Assembly (NCBI GenBank): GCA_019312665.1
Contig: JAFDCZ010000002.1
Span: forward strand, 1 to 62,070
From: Deltaproteobacteria bacterium
GTDB lineage: Bacteria > Myxococcota_A > UBA9160 > UBA6930
Reading direction: 5' to 3'
DNA length: 62,070 nucleotides
Positions 9,547 through 19,749 of the stretch are shown here, one piece after another. Position 1 is the first letter of the stretch, and every line of letters begins with the position of its first letter. The translations under genes and the position numbers were made by a program. Below the pieces are notes generated by a model. It saw only the letters and a program-made list of their open reading frames with translations. It searched no databases and had not been told where the DNA came from.

Positions 9547-10169
9547 CGCCAGGCAGAGCCCACGGCAGGACCCGATCGACCATCGCGCGCACGAAGGCTT
9601 CGGGCTGCTCGAAGGGAACGAGATGTGCGGCATTCTCGAACACCACCATCTCCTTGTGCGGTGCCTTCAATGCCTCGAAGTAGGCGCGGGTCACATCGAA
9701 CTCGGTTTGATGATCGTGGCGACCCTGGAAGACGAAGATCGGCACGTCGAATTCGAGCATTCGCCTGGCCGGCGGGTCATCGAGCATCGGCTCTTCCAGA
9801 TGAGCCATCGAGAAGGCTTCGGCTTCCAGGTACCGAAGCTTGTCCCCCACGCGATACTCGTGGAACACGACCGTCGACCACCCGAACATCCAGAGCGCCT
9901 CCAGGTTCCCACGGCCCACCATGCAGGATGAGCAAGACCGGATTCGTGCGGCCCCGGCCGCGAATGAGGACGAATTGTTCGACACCACCGATCGGGATCT
10001 GCTCGAGGCTCGCGATACTCCCCGGCAAGAGAACGCCCCGATCGTCCAGGATGGCATCGGTGGTGCCCGGGCTCACGAGCCTCAACGCGATGCCCAGACC
10101 CGAAGCTGCGATGAGCGACGCGGCGGCCGCGAAGCTGACGATCTTCCCCAGCAGGCCGAACCCACTCAT
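9527..10169 (-). pseudogene. Proline-iminopeptidase-like alpha/beta hydrolase with an internal deletion and frameshift
   Basis: The N-terminal frame ends at LILHGGP (~9915). The C-terminal frame carries QGRHD and FENAAH. The WDQRG and GxSxG core is absent. Confidence 0.75.
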
Positions 10170-10315
10170 GATCCGTCGCAGGCCGTCGCCGACATACTGC
10201 TCCCGAAGCCAGCGCTCAGTGGACACCCCGCTGGAAGCGAGGTGGTCATTCGCCCAGCAGGGAACCTACAATAGGTCGCAGGCCATGGGCCCGACTGAGT
10301 CGAAAGGAGTCTGGC

Positions 10316-11086
10316 ATGTCCGCAAACCCTGCCTACGAAATCCCGGTGACCGAGAGTGGCGCGCTCCCGCGCAGCCTGGTCCTGGCCTTTGGCGTCTTCT
10401 CGTACGTCCTCTTCCTGGGGGTCTTCCTCTACCTGATCGGCTTCATCGGAGGCTTCATCGTTCCGAAGACGCTCGACTCCGGTGTCCAGGGGCCCGTCTT
10501 CCAGGCTGTGCTGATCAACCTCGGGCTGCTCGGCCTGTTCGCGGTCCAGCACACGATCATGGCCCGCTCCGGATTCAAGAAATGGCTGATCCGATTCATC
10601 CCGGCAGCGACCGAGCGCAGCCTCTTCGTCCTTGTCACCAACCTGATCCTCATCGCGACGGTCTGGCAGTGGCGCCCGCTCCCGGGCGTCCTCTGGGAGG
10701 TGGAGGGAGTGGCAGCGACCGCACTCTGGACCCTCTTCTTCGTGGGCTGGGGCATCGTGCTGCTCTCGACCTTCCTGATCGATCACTTCGATCTCTTCGG
10801 CCTCAAGCAGACGTTTTTCTACGCCACCGGGCGCCCCTACGCCGGCCCTGAGTTCAAGGAGCACCTGCTCTACAAGGTCGTCCGCCATCCGCTGATGCTG
10901 GGCTTCCTGGTGACGTTCTGGGCCGCTCCGGTCATGACGATGTCGCGCTTCTTCTTCGCGGCCGTCTGCACGGGCTACATCCTGCTCGCCCTGTACATCG
11001 AGGAGCGAACCCTGGTCGAGCTGCATGGCGACGACTACCGCGACTACCAGCAGCGCGTGAGGATGCTGATTCCCGTCCCGAAGTAG
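10316..11086 (+). CDS. mddA: Methanethiol S-methyltransferase-like membrane methyltransferase
   Basis: FAVQHTIMAR..FK, ERSLFVL, WQWRP, STFLIDHFDLFGLKQ, LYKVVRHPLMLGF, EERTL, YQQRV motifs; 256 aa. Confidence 0.75.
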   Translation: MSANPAYEIPVTESGALPRSLVLAFGVFSYVLFLGVFLYLIGFIGGFIVPKTLDSGVQGPVFQAVLINLGLLGLFAVQHTIMARSGFKKWLIRFIPAATERSLFVLVTNLILIATVWQWRPLPGVLWEVEGVAATALWTLFFVGWGIVLLSTFLIDHFDLFGLKQTFFYATGRPYAGPEFKEHLLYKVVRHPLMLGFLVTFWAAPVMTMSRFFFAAVCTGYILLALYIEERTLVELHGDDYRDYQQRVRMLIPVPK

Positions 11087-11164
11087 CCGCCTGCGATCGC
11101 TCCGGGTTCAGGCGCCGGAAAGACAGGGGGCGGAACCGCGGCCCAGCCACGGTAACGTCCCCCT

Positions 11165-14038
11165 GTGACCCGAATGCCCCGCACCGCCCGCTGGCTCCTC
11201 GCGACATTGCTGCCGACCTGGATCGTCTGTTTCAGCCTGCACGTCTACTCGACTGCGGAGAACGGTGCCGCCCTGTCACCTTTCTTTGCAACACCGGTCG
11301 CTGGCGATGCCTACCCCCACGTCGGCGGCATCCGCCCGGAACGGGTCTCCCGCGGCCTCGACATCCAGGCCGGCGACCGGCTGTTGATGGCACGGGACGT
11401 CGACCTCGCGGGCGTCGGCTACATCGGCTTCTACGCCTGGACGGTCGAACTCGCGGACGAGAACCTCGAGCTGCCGCTCACCATCGAGCGTGACGGGCGA
11501 CGCTTCACCACCCTGTTGCGGCTCTCGACGACCGGCATCCCGTGGTCGCGTGTCGCGCTCTGGGCGTTCGGAGTCGGGCTCGCAGTGCTCGTGCTGGTCC
11601 GAGTGCCCGAGAACCGTATGGCCCAGCTCCTGTTCGCGGGATTGACGTCGTTCGCGATCTTCGAGAGCCCGTTCACGATCAACTACACGCTCACCGTCAT
11701 CTACAACTCGATCTTCGTCTTCGGTGGCGGGCTCTCTCTCGCGGTGCTGATGCGCTTCTTCCTGCTCTTCCCGGACGACATGCCTCCTGAGCGGCGCCTT
11801 CCGATGAGCCTGTCGTGGATCAACGCGTTGCTGTTCTACGCCCCTCGGTTCTCCTATCTGGCCGGCGGGCCGATCCCGCCCCCGAGCGTGCCGCTGGTCA
11901 TCCTGGGCTCCGACATCGCACTGGGTGTCTTGAGCGGCGGGGCGGTCTTCTGGAACTACGTGTATTCGGGACCGGACGGCCGACGCCGGCTGCGGGGCCT
12001 TCTCTGGGGAGTCTTCATCGCGTTTTCACCGCTGCCCGTCGCCCTGGGGCTCAGCCTGCTGTTTCCGGAGATGGATCTGATCCGCTTCGGAATCGACGTG
12101 ATGGCCTTCACGGCCATCAGCCTGCCCATCGCCATCGCCTTCTCGATCGTCCGGCATGACGCCTTCGATATCGATCGGCTGATCAGCGCGACAGCCACCT
12201 TCAGCGTGGCTCTCGCAATCCTGTTAGGCGGCCTGCTTGCGGTGGCTCCGATCGCAGCTTCCGTGCTTGCGGAGTGGACGGGCCTGAGCCGCGACACCGC
12301 CCAGCTCGCCTTTGCGCTCGTTGCGAGCCTGGCCCTGCTGCCCATGACACGCTCGCTCCGACCACGCGTCGATCGGCTTTTGTACCCGGATCGCCATGCG
12401 ATGGATCAGGGATTCCAGGAGCTGCTCACGGAGCTTGCGCAACACGGCGAGACCGAGACCCTCATCAGCTTGGCAGCCGCACGCATCCAGCAGTTGCTGC
12501 AACCCGAGACGACCGTTCTCTACGCCCGAGGCCCCGATGGTTTCGAGCCTGTCTACACCAGCCGCGGCGAGCCTCCGACGGCCGTGCCTTCGAGCAGCCC
12601 GGCCCTGATCGCCGTCGACGCCCGGCAGGGACCGATGATGCGATCCGATGCCAGCCTGCGCCCGTTGGAGGGAGCGGCGCTCGATGAGCTGGGCGCTGCG
12701 ACCGTGCTGCCCTTCTACCATCGCGACGACCTCGATGCCTTCGCAGCGCTCGGCCCCCTCGCATCCGGGGATCCCTATTCCTCGAGCCAGCTGGCGCTGC
12801 TCTCTGCGACGGCAGACAAGGTGGAAGGCGAACGGGTGCGTCGCGAAGACGCGGTCCAGATCCGCGAGAGCGGCGAACGCATGCGCAGCCTGGAACGCGA
12901 GCGCGAAGAAGTGCAAGCCGCCTACGCGGCTCGCTCGCGATCCCTGGCCGCGGCGAGCCACGATCTTCGCCAACCGCTTCATGCCATGGGTCTGCTGGCC
13001 GAGGCGGCTGCGGGACGCGAGCTGGACGAAGGAACCCGGGCGCTGGTCGAGCGCTTGCAGATGGCAACCGGCTCACTTGGCGGCATGTTCGATTCCCTGC
13101 TCGATCTTTCCCAGCTCGAGGCAGGCCAGGTCGAGCCTGCGATTCAGCCAGTCGCCCTGGCGCCGCTCTTCGAAAGGCTCGGCGCCGCAGTGGGCCCGTC
13201 GGCACAAGAGAAGGGCCTCTCGTTGAACTTCAGCCAGGCCGGCTGGGCCGTTCAGAGCGACCCCCTCTGGCTAGCGCGCATCTTGCAGAACCTGCTCGCA
13301 AACGCCATCCGTTACACCGAAAGCGGTCACGTCTCTGTGAGTGCCGAAGCGACTGGCGAATCGGTCGAGATCTCCGTGACGGATACGGGACCGGGAATTC
13401 CAGCGGAGCAGCAACGTGTGATCTTCGAAGAGTTCCGGCGCCTCGAGGGCGGTGAGCAAGCGGACGAACGCGGGCTGGGGCTGGGGCTGGCCATCGTGGA
13501 TCGCCTGACCCGACTCCTGGATCACGAGCTCAGCTTGGAATCGGAGCTCGGCGAAGGAACGACCTTCCGCCTGCGCATCCTACGTGCCGCCGATCCGGTA
13601 CGAGCCGAGCACGGGCAGATTGAGGCCGTCAGCGGGCTGGCCGGCCTGCGCGTCCTTCTCATCGACGACCAATCCGCCATCCGGGAGGGAATGACGAGCC
13701 TTCTCGAAGGCTGGGGCTGCCGCGTCCAGGCCACGGCCTGCGAAGAGGAAGCGCAGCAGGCCATCGCGCAGACGGCCGAGCACGGGCCTCCCGATCTCGT
13801 GATCGCGGATGTGCGCCTCGCCGCCGGCAGGAGCGGCCTCGACGCCCTGGCTGCCATTCGCGAGCGCTGGGGCAGCGGAATCCCCGGGCTCGTGATCACC
13901 GGCGAAAGCGATGCGAACACCCTGCGACGCTTGCGAGAGGAGGGGCACCCGATCCTCACCAAGCCCGTACCGCCGGCACGTTTGCGGGCCTTCCTTCAGC
14001 GGATCGCTCGCCAGGAGAGCAGCCCCGAGTCGGACTAG
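11165..14038 (+). CDS. Membrane-bound hybrid sensor histidine kinase (PDZ-like, multi-TM, GAF-like, HisKA, HATPase, REC)
   Basis: H-box SHDLRQPL; N-box NLLANAIRYT; DTGPGI; GLGLGL; receiver LIDD...IADVRL...TKP. Confidence 0.93.
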   Translation: MTRMPRTARWLLATLLPTWIVCFSLHVYSTAENGAALSPFFATPVAGDAYPHVGGIRPERVSRGLDIQAGDRLLMARDVDLAGVGYIGFYAWTVELADENLELPLTIERDGRRFTTLLRLSTTGIPWSRVALWAFGVGLAVLVLVRVPENRMAQLLFAGLTSFAIFESPFTINYTLTVIYNSIFVFGGGLSLAVLMRFFLLFPDDMPPERRLPMSLSWINALLFYAPRFSYLAGGPIPPPSVPLVILGSDIALGVLSGGAVFWNYVYSGPDGRRRLRGLLWGVFIAFSPLPVALGLSLLFPEMDLIRFGIDVMAFTAISLPIAIAFSIVRHDAFDIDRLISATATFSVALAILLGGLLAVAPIAASVLAEWTGLSRDTAQLAFALVASLALLPMTRSLRPRVDRLLYPDRHAMDQGFQELLTELAQHGETETLISLAAARIQQLLQPETTVLYARGPDGFEPVYTSRGEPPTAVPSSSPALIAVDARQGPMMRSDASLRPLEGAALDELGAATVLPFYHRDDLDAFAALGPLASGDPYSSSQLALLSATADKVEGERVRREDAVQIRESGERMRSLEREREEVQAAYAARSRSLAAASHDLRQPLHAMGLLAEAAAGRELDEGTRALVERLQMATGSLGGMFDSLLDLSQLEAGQVEPAIQPVALAPLFERLGAAVGPSAQEKGLSLNFSQAGWAVQSDPLWLARILQNLLANAIRYTESGHVSVSAEATGESVEISVTDTGPGIPAEQQRVIFEEFRRLEGGEQADERGLGLGLAIVDRLTRLLDHELSLESELGEGTTFRLRILRAADPVRAEHGQIEAVSGLAGLRVLLIDDQSAIREGMTSLLEGWGCRVQATACEEEAQQAIAQTAEHGPPDLVIADVRLAAGRSGLDALAAIRERWGSGIPGLVITGESDANTLRRLREEGHPILTKPVPPARLRAFLQRIARQESSPESD

Positions 14039-14086
14039 TCCGGCTGGCCCATTTCCGGGTAGTACCAGGAGTGGGATGCTGCTGGA

Positions 14087-14536
14087 ATGCCGAGCTTCGT
14101 CGCATGGTTGAAAACGTTGGCGGACGAATTCGCAAGCCTTGGAACACTGGAAGCCTTCTACGTTCGGTTGGGGGACGACCTGGTGGCCGTTCGCCCGAGT
14201 TCCAGCCATCCGCGACGCCTGAAGAGCGCGTCCGCACTGATGCGGACCCTCACCCTGCACTCAGGCATCCTCCTCACGAAGGGTCCGGAGGGCGGCCCAT
14301 TTCCCGACGCTCTCCTACGGGAGCTGGGAGCCGAGGCGGCCGTATTGATCCGCGATCGAGGCGGGCTCGTCGCTCTGGCCTGCCTGGCGAACACGCCCAC
14401 CTCGTTCGACGATGAGAGCGCTGCGAGAATCGCCGCGCATTGCGCCGAAGGCCTGCGAAGATTTCCGGGCGCCGCCCTTCGCAAGGCCCTACGTCCGCAC
14501 CCGTTTCGAACGCTGGCGGGAGTGTTCTTTCGTTAG
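14087..14536 (+). CDS. Hypothetical protein resembling the GAF-like segment of the upstream kinase
   Basis: ALLRELGAEAAVLIRDRGGLVALACL aligns by eye with kinase AALDELGAATVLPFYHRDDLDAFAAL. Confidence 0.5.
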   Translation: MPSFVAWLKTLADEFASLGTLEAFYVRLGDDLVAVRPSSSHPRRLKSASALMRTLTLHSGILLTKGPEGGPFPDALLRELGAEAAVLIRDRGGLVALACLANTPTSFDDESAARIAAHCAEGLRRFPGAALRKALRPHPFRTLAGVFFR

Positions 14537-15183
14537 TCTTCGGTCGAAATATCCAGCTCTCGCATCGCCGCGACGGCTTCGGTGCGATTGGAGACATCGA
14601 GCGCATCCAGCAGGCCGGCGATATGCGCCTTCACCGTTCCCTCGGCGATGCCAAGCACACTGCAGATTTCCCGGTTGGTGAGGCCTTTGGCGAGCAGCCG
14701 CAGAACCTCCAGCTGGCGGGGCGTGAGTTTCCCGTAGCGAGTCACGAGCCCCCGCGAGCCAGCCGGTTTTTCCTCTGCGGGCTGAGAAGGTTCGAGCGCC
14801 ACCAGCGGAACATAGACGCCGCCGGAGAGCACGAGCTGAACGGCACTGCGGAGCAGCGCACCGCTCGACGACTTCGGTATGAATCCGGATGCCCCTGCAT
14901 CCAGAGTCTCGCGAATCTCCTCAGAAGCTTCGGAGGCGGACACCATCACCACGGGCAAGGTCGGAAAACGTTCGCCCAGGAGCGTCAGGGTCTCGAGCCC
15001 ACCGGTCCCCGGCATGTGCAGGTCGAGCAGCACCATGGCCAGATCCGGATTCGCCTCGGCCAGAGCCAGGGCCTCTTCGGAACCGGACGCTTCCAGGATC
15101 TCGGGCTTTTCGCCGAGCTCCACGAGCACATGGCGTAGGCCTTCGCGGAACAAGGCATGGTCGTCGCAGATGAGAATGCGCAT
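14533..15183 (-). CDS. NarL/LuxR family response regulator
   Basis: ICDDH, LLDLHMPG, FIPK; HTH LTPRQLEVL...GLTNREI...TVKAH. Confidence 0.95.
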   Translation of the reverse strand: MRILICDDHALFREGLRHVLVELGEKPEILEASGSEEALALAEANPDLAMVLLDLHMPGTGGLETLTLLGERFPTLPVVMVSASEASEEIRETLDAGASGFIPKSSSGALLRSAVQLVLSGGVYVPLVALEPSQPAEEKPAGSRGLVTRYGKLTPRQLEVLRLLAKGLTNREICSVLGIAEGTVKAHIAGLLDALDVSNRTEAVAAMRELDISTED

Positions 15184-15243
15184 GAGGGTCCGCGCCGAGT
15201 CTATCGCGGCCAGCCGGGTGCGACGATGTCCCGGTGGTCAGGC

Positions 15244-16467
15244 TCAGTCACGGGCTTCACCGGAGAGATCGGAAGGCAACGCGACCGAAACCGGGATCGG
15301 GCGATAGATGCCGAGATCATCGACGAGCCGGCCGAGCAATGCCTCTACATCCCCCTCGGGCCCGGCGAACAGGTTGCACACGTAGGTGAACGACACACTG
15401 CCCCGCGCCGAGAGCTGGGGATGGGCCTTCGCGGCGTAGCAGGCGGTGTGTGGGTCGAAACCAGCGACACGGCTCGGGTCGAGTTCAGGAATCCGGAACA
15501 AGGAGCGCCTCGGAGACCAGGGGCCCGAGAGCGACTCCGCGGTTCGAAACCAGACCCTGTCGGATGGGCGCTGCTCAGGGAAGTCAGCCCCCACGCTCGG
15601 ATAGGAATACAGTGCGAGCCAGACACCTGCAGAGGCCAGGAAGTGCACGCTCATCTCGGTGGCATCATCCTGCATGATGATTCGGGCGGCGAGCGGCCGA
15701 AAGCCCGGTTGCCAAAGGCCATCGGTCGTCAGGGTTTCGAGAGCGGGCTCGAGATCGACTGCGCCGGACTCGAGGCTGGTCAGGGGCAAGCGAACGAGGA
15801 TGCGCGGATAGGACCGCGCCTGCCGATCCAGGAAGGTGAAGAAGTAGACGTGGGCGCCGTGAACGACCATCGCGCCCGCAGGCAACGCCAATGGGCTGCG
15901 ACTCAACCGCAACCGCTCGAACTGCCAGGCCGAAGGATCTTCCTCCGGGTTGGAGATGCGCGCCAGCTCGACTCCGGTAAAGCCGAAAGGCATCGCCAAG
16001 GGGCCGCGAGGAGCCGAGGATTCGACTTCGAGCAGGCCGACATAGACAGCTCCGTCGTGCGAGAAGCCGTCGAAGAGCCACCACCATTTCCCGGCTTCCG
16101 CGCGATCGAAGAATGCCGTCGCCCCGTCGGACCCGGCGCCCCAACGATAGTCGATGGACCATTGGCCTTGGTCGTCGCATTTGGAGATTGCGATCGAGTT
16201 GTGGATGAACCGGGCACCGCGGCGACTCGGTTGGCCCGGCTCGCCGACGAACGTGTCACCAAACAACCAGAGGCTGCGACGCCCATCGAGAGGCACCGAG
16301 AACGCGGCATCGCCGCCGAGCCAACCTTGTTGGTAGGGAAAGGCCGGTTCGCAGCCGCTCTGGGTGGGCGGTTGCACTGGAGAGAGACAGCCGAAGAGGC
16401 CGACACCCAGCAGTACGAGGAAGACCGGTCCGGTCTCGAGGAAGCGATCGTAGACAACCCTCACCAC
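15244..16467 (-). CDS. Exported DUF4185/DUF5005-like beta-propeller lipoprotein
   Basis: LFGC lipobox; GWLGGDAAFSVPLDGRRSLWLFGDTF; YAAKAHP. Confidence 0.65.
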   Translation of the reverse strand: MVRVVYDRFLETGPVFLVLLGVGLFGCLSPVQPPTQSGCEPAFPYQQGWLGGDAAFSVPLDGRRSLWLFGDTFVGEPGQPSRRGARFIHNSIAISKCDDQGQWSIDYRWGAGSDGATAFFDRAEAGKWWWLFDGFSHDGAVYVGLLEVESSAPRGPLAMPFGFTGVELARISNPEEDPSAWQFERLRLSRSPLALPAGAMVVHGAHVYFFTFLDRQARSYPRILVRLPLTSLESGAVDLEPALETLTTDGLWQPGFRPLAARIIMQDDATEMSVHFLASAGVWLALYSYPSVGADFPEQRPSDRVWFRTAESLSGPWSPRRSLFRIPELDPSRVAGFDPHTACYAAKAHPQLSARGSVSFTYVCNLFAGPEGDVEALLGRLVDDLGIYRPIPVSVALPSDLSGEARD

Positions 16468-16517
16468 CTCCGAAGGTAGCGGGCCCGGTAGACGAGGAGG
16501 TCGGTAGACTGATCTTC

Positions 16518-17861
16518 ATGCGAGTGTCTCCGGACTTCCTGGCGCGGCCGTTCGTTGCCTTCGTGGAGCGCTTCTATCCGGATTCCTTCGTCTTCGCAAT
16601 CTTGCTGACCGGTGTGACCTTCGCACTCGCGATCGGTCTCACGGAGACGTCGAGCGGAGAGGCACTGGTGATCTGGGGCGACGGCCTGAAGGGTCTGCTG
16701 CCCTTCATCACCCAGATCGCCTTGACCCTGCTCTGCGCGCACTCCCTGGCTCACACGGATCTGGTACACGGCGCCCTCGATCGAATGGCCCGCTGGCCGC
16801 GAACCGAGCGGCAAGCCTACGCCTGGGTCGCAATCGTCGCCGGCGTGGGCAGCTTGATCGCGTGGTCGCTCGGCCTGGTCGTCGGCGCGCTGATCGCCCT
16901 CGGCGTGGCGCGCGCCGGGCGAGCGCGCGGCCTGCGGCTCCACTTCCCGCTGCTGGTCGCAAGCGCCTATGCCGGATTCGTGGTCTGGCATATGGGCTAT
17001 TCCAGTTCGGCGGCACTCTTCGTCGCCACCCCGGGCCACGCGCTGGAGAGCATGACCGGTGTCATCCCCGTCACGGAAACGATCTTCGCATCATGGAACC
17101 TGGCGCTCGCCGTGCTGACCGTCGCGGCGGTTGCGTGCGTCTGTGCCGGGCTCGCGCCGCGGAAGACGGCAGCCTCCGAGTGGGTGGAACCCGGCACCGC
17201 GCCCGAACCCGGCGAGCCCGATCGTTCGACCCTCGGTCGTCGACTCGAGCACGCTCGTTGGATTTCGTCAGGCATGGGAGCGCTGCTGCTTGCCTACTTG
17301 TTCACCTGGTTCCGCAGCCGAGGCCTCGAACTGACCCTCGACGTGGTGAACTGGTCCTTCCTGGGACTCGGGCTCGTCCTCGCGCGCTCACCGATCCACT
17401 ACGTGGCCCTCATTCGAGGCGCCAGCCGGACCCTCGGTCCGATCATCCTTCAATACCCCTTCTACGCGGGCATCATGGCGTTGATGACGGGCACCTCTCT
17501 CGTTCATCTCTTCTCGGACGGCTTCGTCGCACTGGCCTCACCGGAAACGCTCGGCTTCTGGGCCTTCGTCTCTGGCGGAGCGCTCAACTTCTTCGTGCCG
17601 TCCGGGGGCGGCCAGTGGGCCGTGCAGGGACCGATTTTCATCGAAGCCGCCCAGAAGCTCGGCGTGGCGGCACCCGTCGTCGTAATGGGTGTGGCCTACG
17701 GCGACCAATGGACCAACCTCATCCAACCGTTCTGGACCTTGCCCCTGCTCGCCATCGCAGGCCTGAACTCCCGGGCGATCATGGGCTACTGCTTCGTCGT
17801 CTTTCTCGTGACGTTCGTGCTGTTCGGAGGCGGGCTGCTTCTCGTCGGGTCCGGCGTCTGA
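16518..17861 (+). CDS. atoE: Short-chain fatty acid transporter (AtoE family)
   Basis: PDSFVFA, LQYPFYAGI, NFFVPSGGGQWAVQGP, AYGDQWTNLIQPFW. Confidence 0.85.
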   Translation: MRVSPDFLARPFVAFVERFYPDSFVFAILLTGVTFALAIGLTETSSGEALVIWGDGLKGLLPFITQIALTLLCAHSLAHTDLVHGALDRMARWPRTERQAYAWVAIVAGVGSLIAWSLGLVVGALIALGVARAGRARGLRLHFPLLVASAYAGFVVWHMGYSSSAALFVATPGHALESMTGVIPVTETIFASWNLALAVLTVAAVACVCAGLAPRKTAASEWVEPGTAPEPGEPDRSTLGRRLEHARWISSGMGALLLAYLFTWFRSRGLELTLDVVNWSFLGLGLVLARSPIHYVALIRGASRTLGPIILQYPFYAGIMALMTGTSLVHLFSDGFVALASPETLGFWAFVSGGALNFFVPSGGGQWAVQGPIFIEAAQKLGVAAPVVVMGVAYGDQWTNLIQPFWTLPLLAIAGLNSRAIMGYCFVVFLVTFVLFGGGLLLVGSGV

Positions 17862-17913
17862 AACGCTTCTGGCTTGCTGACAGTTCCCTTCGCGTGGATT
17901 CCCTGCAGTGGCC

Positions 17914-19671
17914 TCACACCTGCGCACGCACCAGCCGGCCCGGGCGTGCACCGGTATCGGCGTCGTTTTCTCGCGTCTTCACGCCGTTCACGAACGTCGC
18001 GAGGTAGCCCGTCGCGGGTTGCAGGATGCGTCGGCCGCCAGCCGGCAGATCGCTCCGCACCTCCAGCTCGCCGAGGGAGAGGTTCTCGAAATCGATCAGG
18101 TTGATGTCGGCTCGCTTGCCGATCTCGAGACTTCCTCGATCGCTCAGACCATAGAGCTCCGCGTTGTTGCGTGTCTGCTTCTCGACGACGAACTCGAGAG
18201 GCAGGCGCTCTCCCCGAGCACGATCCCTCGCCCAGTGGACGAGTTGGTAGGTGGGCGCGACCGCGTCGAAGATCAGGTTCACGTGGGCGCCCGCGTCGGA
18301 GAGGCCCACCACCGTGTTCGGATCCATCAGCATCTTGCGAATGACATCATGATTGAACGCCAGGTAGTTCGACCCGAGAAGGATGGCGAAGCGCTTTCCT
18401 CCGTCTTCGAGCAGAAAGTCGTAGAGGAACTCGTCGATGGTCTGGCCCGCGGCTGCAGCCGCGCCACCCAACATCTTGCTGGGGTCGGGCTCATAGTCCA
18501 TCGGCAGTGCGAGCGGAAAGAGGAACGAGGCCACCTGCTTGAGGAGTTGGTGGATATTGGCCATGGCGCCCGGATCGTCTACCGGAACATCCGCGTCGGC
18601 GAGGATTGCGGCCTTCACCTCGGGCTTCCGCATCTCGCGAACCCGCTCGGCGAGGGGAAGATCGGCGAGCTTCAGATAGGTCTCCCGGCGCTGGAACATG
18701 TGATAGGTCTGCAGGCTCGTGACGAAGCCGATCGGCCTGGAGGCCACCTGCGGCCTCAGATTCGAACCTCTCGCGTTCTCCTCGGCGCTTTCCTTCAAAT
18801 AGGCTTCCCAGGTGTTCGGAAAATCCATGATCTGCACGGTCGTGAACGTCACGGGACGCTCGGACGCGCGTCCGATTTTCTTGATCAGCTCGAACTCTTC
18901 CTCGAGAGAGAACTTCTCGCCGCCTAGCGTATCGAGCTTACCGATCGTGCTGGCGGGAATCAGCTCGAACACCCCGGAGCCAACACGCTTCATGGCCTCG
19001 GCAAACGCCAACAGCTCTTCCGTTTCGGCGAAGGTGCCGGGCACAGGAACACCTGCCATCGAGCGGTGGCCGATGGTGCGGGACGTCGTGAAGCCAAGGG
19101 CGCCGGCGCGCATGGCTTCCTCGACCATGTCGACCATGCGCTTCATGTCGTCGGCGGTGGGATCTTCATTGTTCCGGCCGCGTTGGCCCATCACATAGTT
19201 GCGAAGCGAACCATGAGCCAGCTGGGCACCGATATCGATGGCGTACTCACGGCTGGCCAGGAAATCGAGGTACTCCGGGAAGGTCTCCCACGCGCCCCAG
19301 GGCATGCCTTCATGAAGCGCCGTGCCGGGGATGTCTTCGACGCCCTCCATCAACTCGATCAGCTCGTCCTCGCCCCCGGGGGCGACCGGGGCGAAGCCCA
19401 CACCGCAGTTACCCATCACCACGGTCGTCACGCCGTGGGAGGCGGAAGGATCGATCTGGTCGTCCCAGGTGACCTGCCCGTCGTAGTGGGTATGGACATC
19501 CACCCAGCCCGGCGCGGCCAGGGCTCCGTCGGCCTGCACGGTCTCTTCGGCGGCCTCGGTGACGTGCCCCCGGGCGACGATCAGGCCGTCCTTGATTCCC
19601 AGGTCTCCGGTTTCTTTCGGCGCACCGGTGCCATCTACGATGGTGGCGCCCTTGATGACGACGTCGAGCAT
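17914..19671 (-). CDS. N-acyl-D-amino-acid deacylase family amidohydrolase
   Basis: [33 protein letters not shown]. Start ATG 19671 follows GGAG. Confidence 0.9.
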   Translation of the reverse strand: MLDVVIKGATIVDGTGAPKETGDLGIKDGLIVARGHVTEAAEETVQADGALAAPGWVDVHTHYDGQVTWDDQIDPSASHGVTTVVMGNCGVGFAPVAPGGEDELIELMEGVEDIPGTALHEGMPWGAWETFPEYLDFLASREYAIDIGAQLAHGSLRNYVMGQRGRNNEDPTADDMKRMVDMVEEAMRAGALGFTTSRTIGHRSMAGVPVPGTFAETEELLAFAEAMKRVGSGVFELIPASTIGKLDTLGGEKFSLEEEFELIKKIGRASERPVTFTTVQIMDFPNTWEAYLKESAEENARGSNLRPQVASRPIGFVTSLQTYHMFQRRETYLKLADLPLAERVREMRKPEVKAAILADADVPVDDPGAMANIHQLLKQVASFLFPLALPMDYEPDPSKMLGGAAAAAGQTIDEFLYDFLLEDGGKRFAILLGSNYLAFNHDVIRKMLMDPNTVVGLSDAGAHVNLIFDAVAPTYQLVHWARDRARGERLPLEFVVEKQTRNNAELYGLSDRGSLEIGKRADINLIDFENLSLGELEVRSDLPAGGRRILQPATGYLATFVNGVKTRENDADTGARPGRLVRAQV

Positions 19672-19749
19672 TCTGTCTCCTATTCCGCTTATTGCACGCA
19701 TCCTGCCATAACTCCAGCGGAACTGCCCGGACTGAAGTAACAACCTGGT

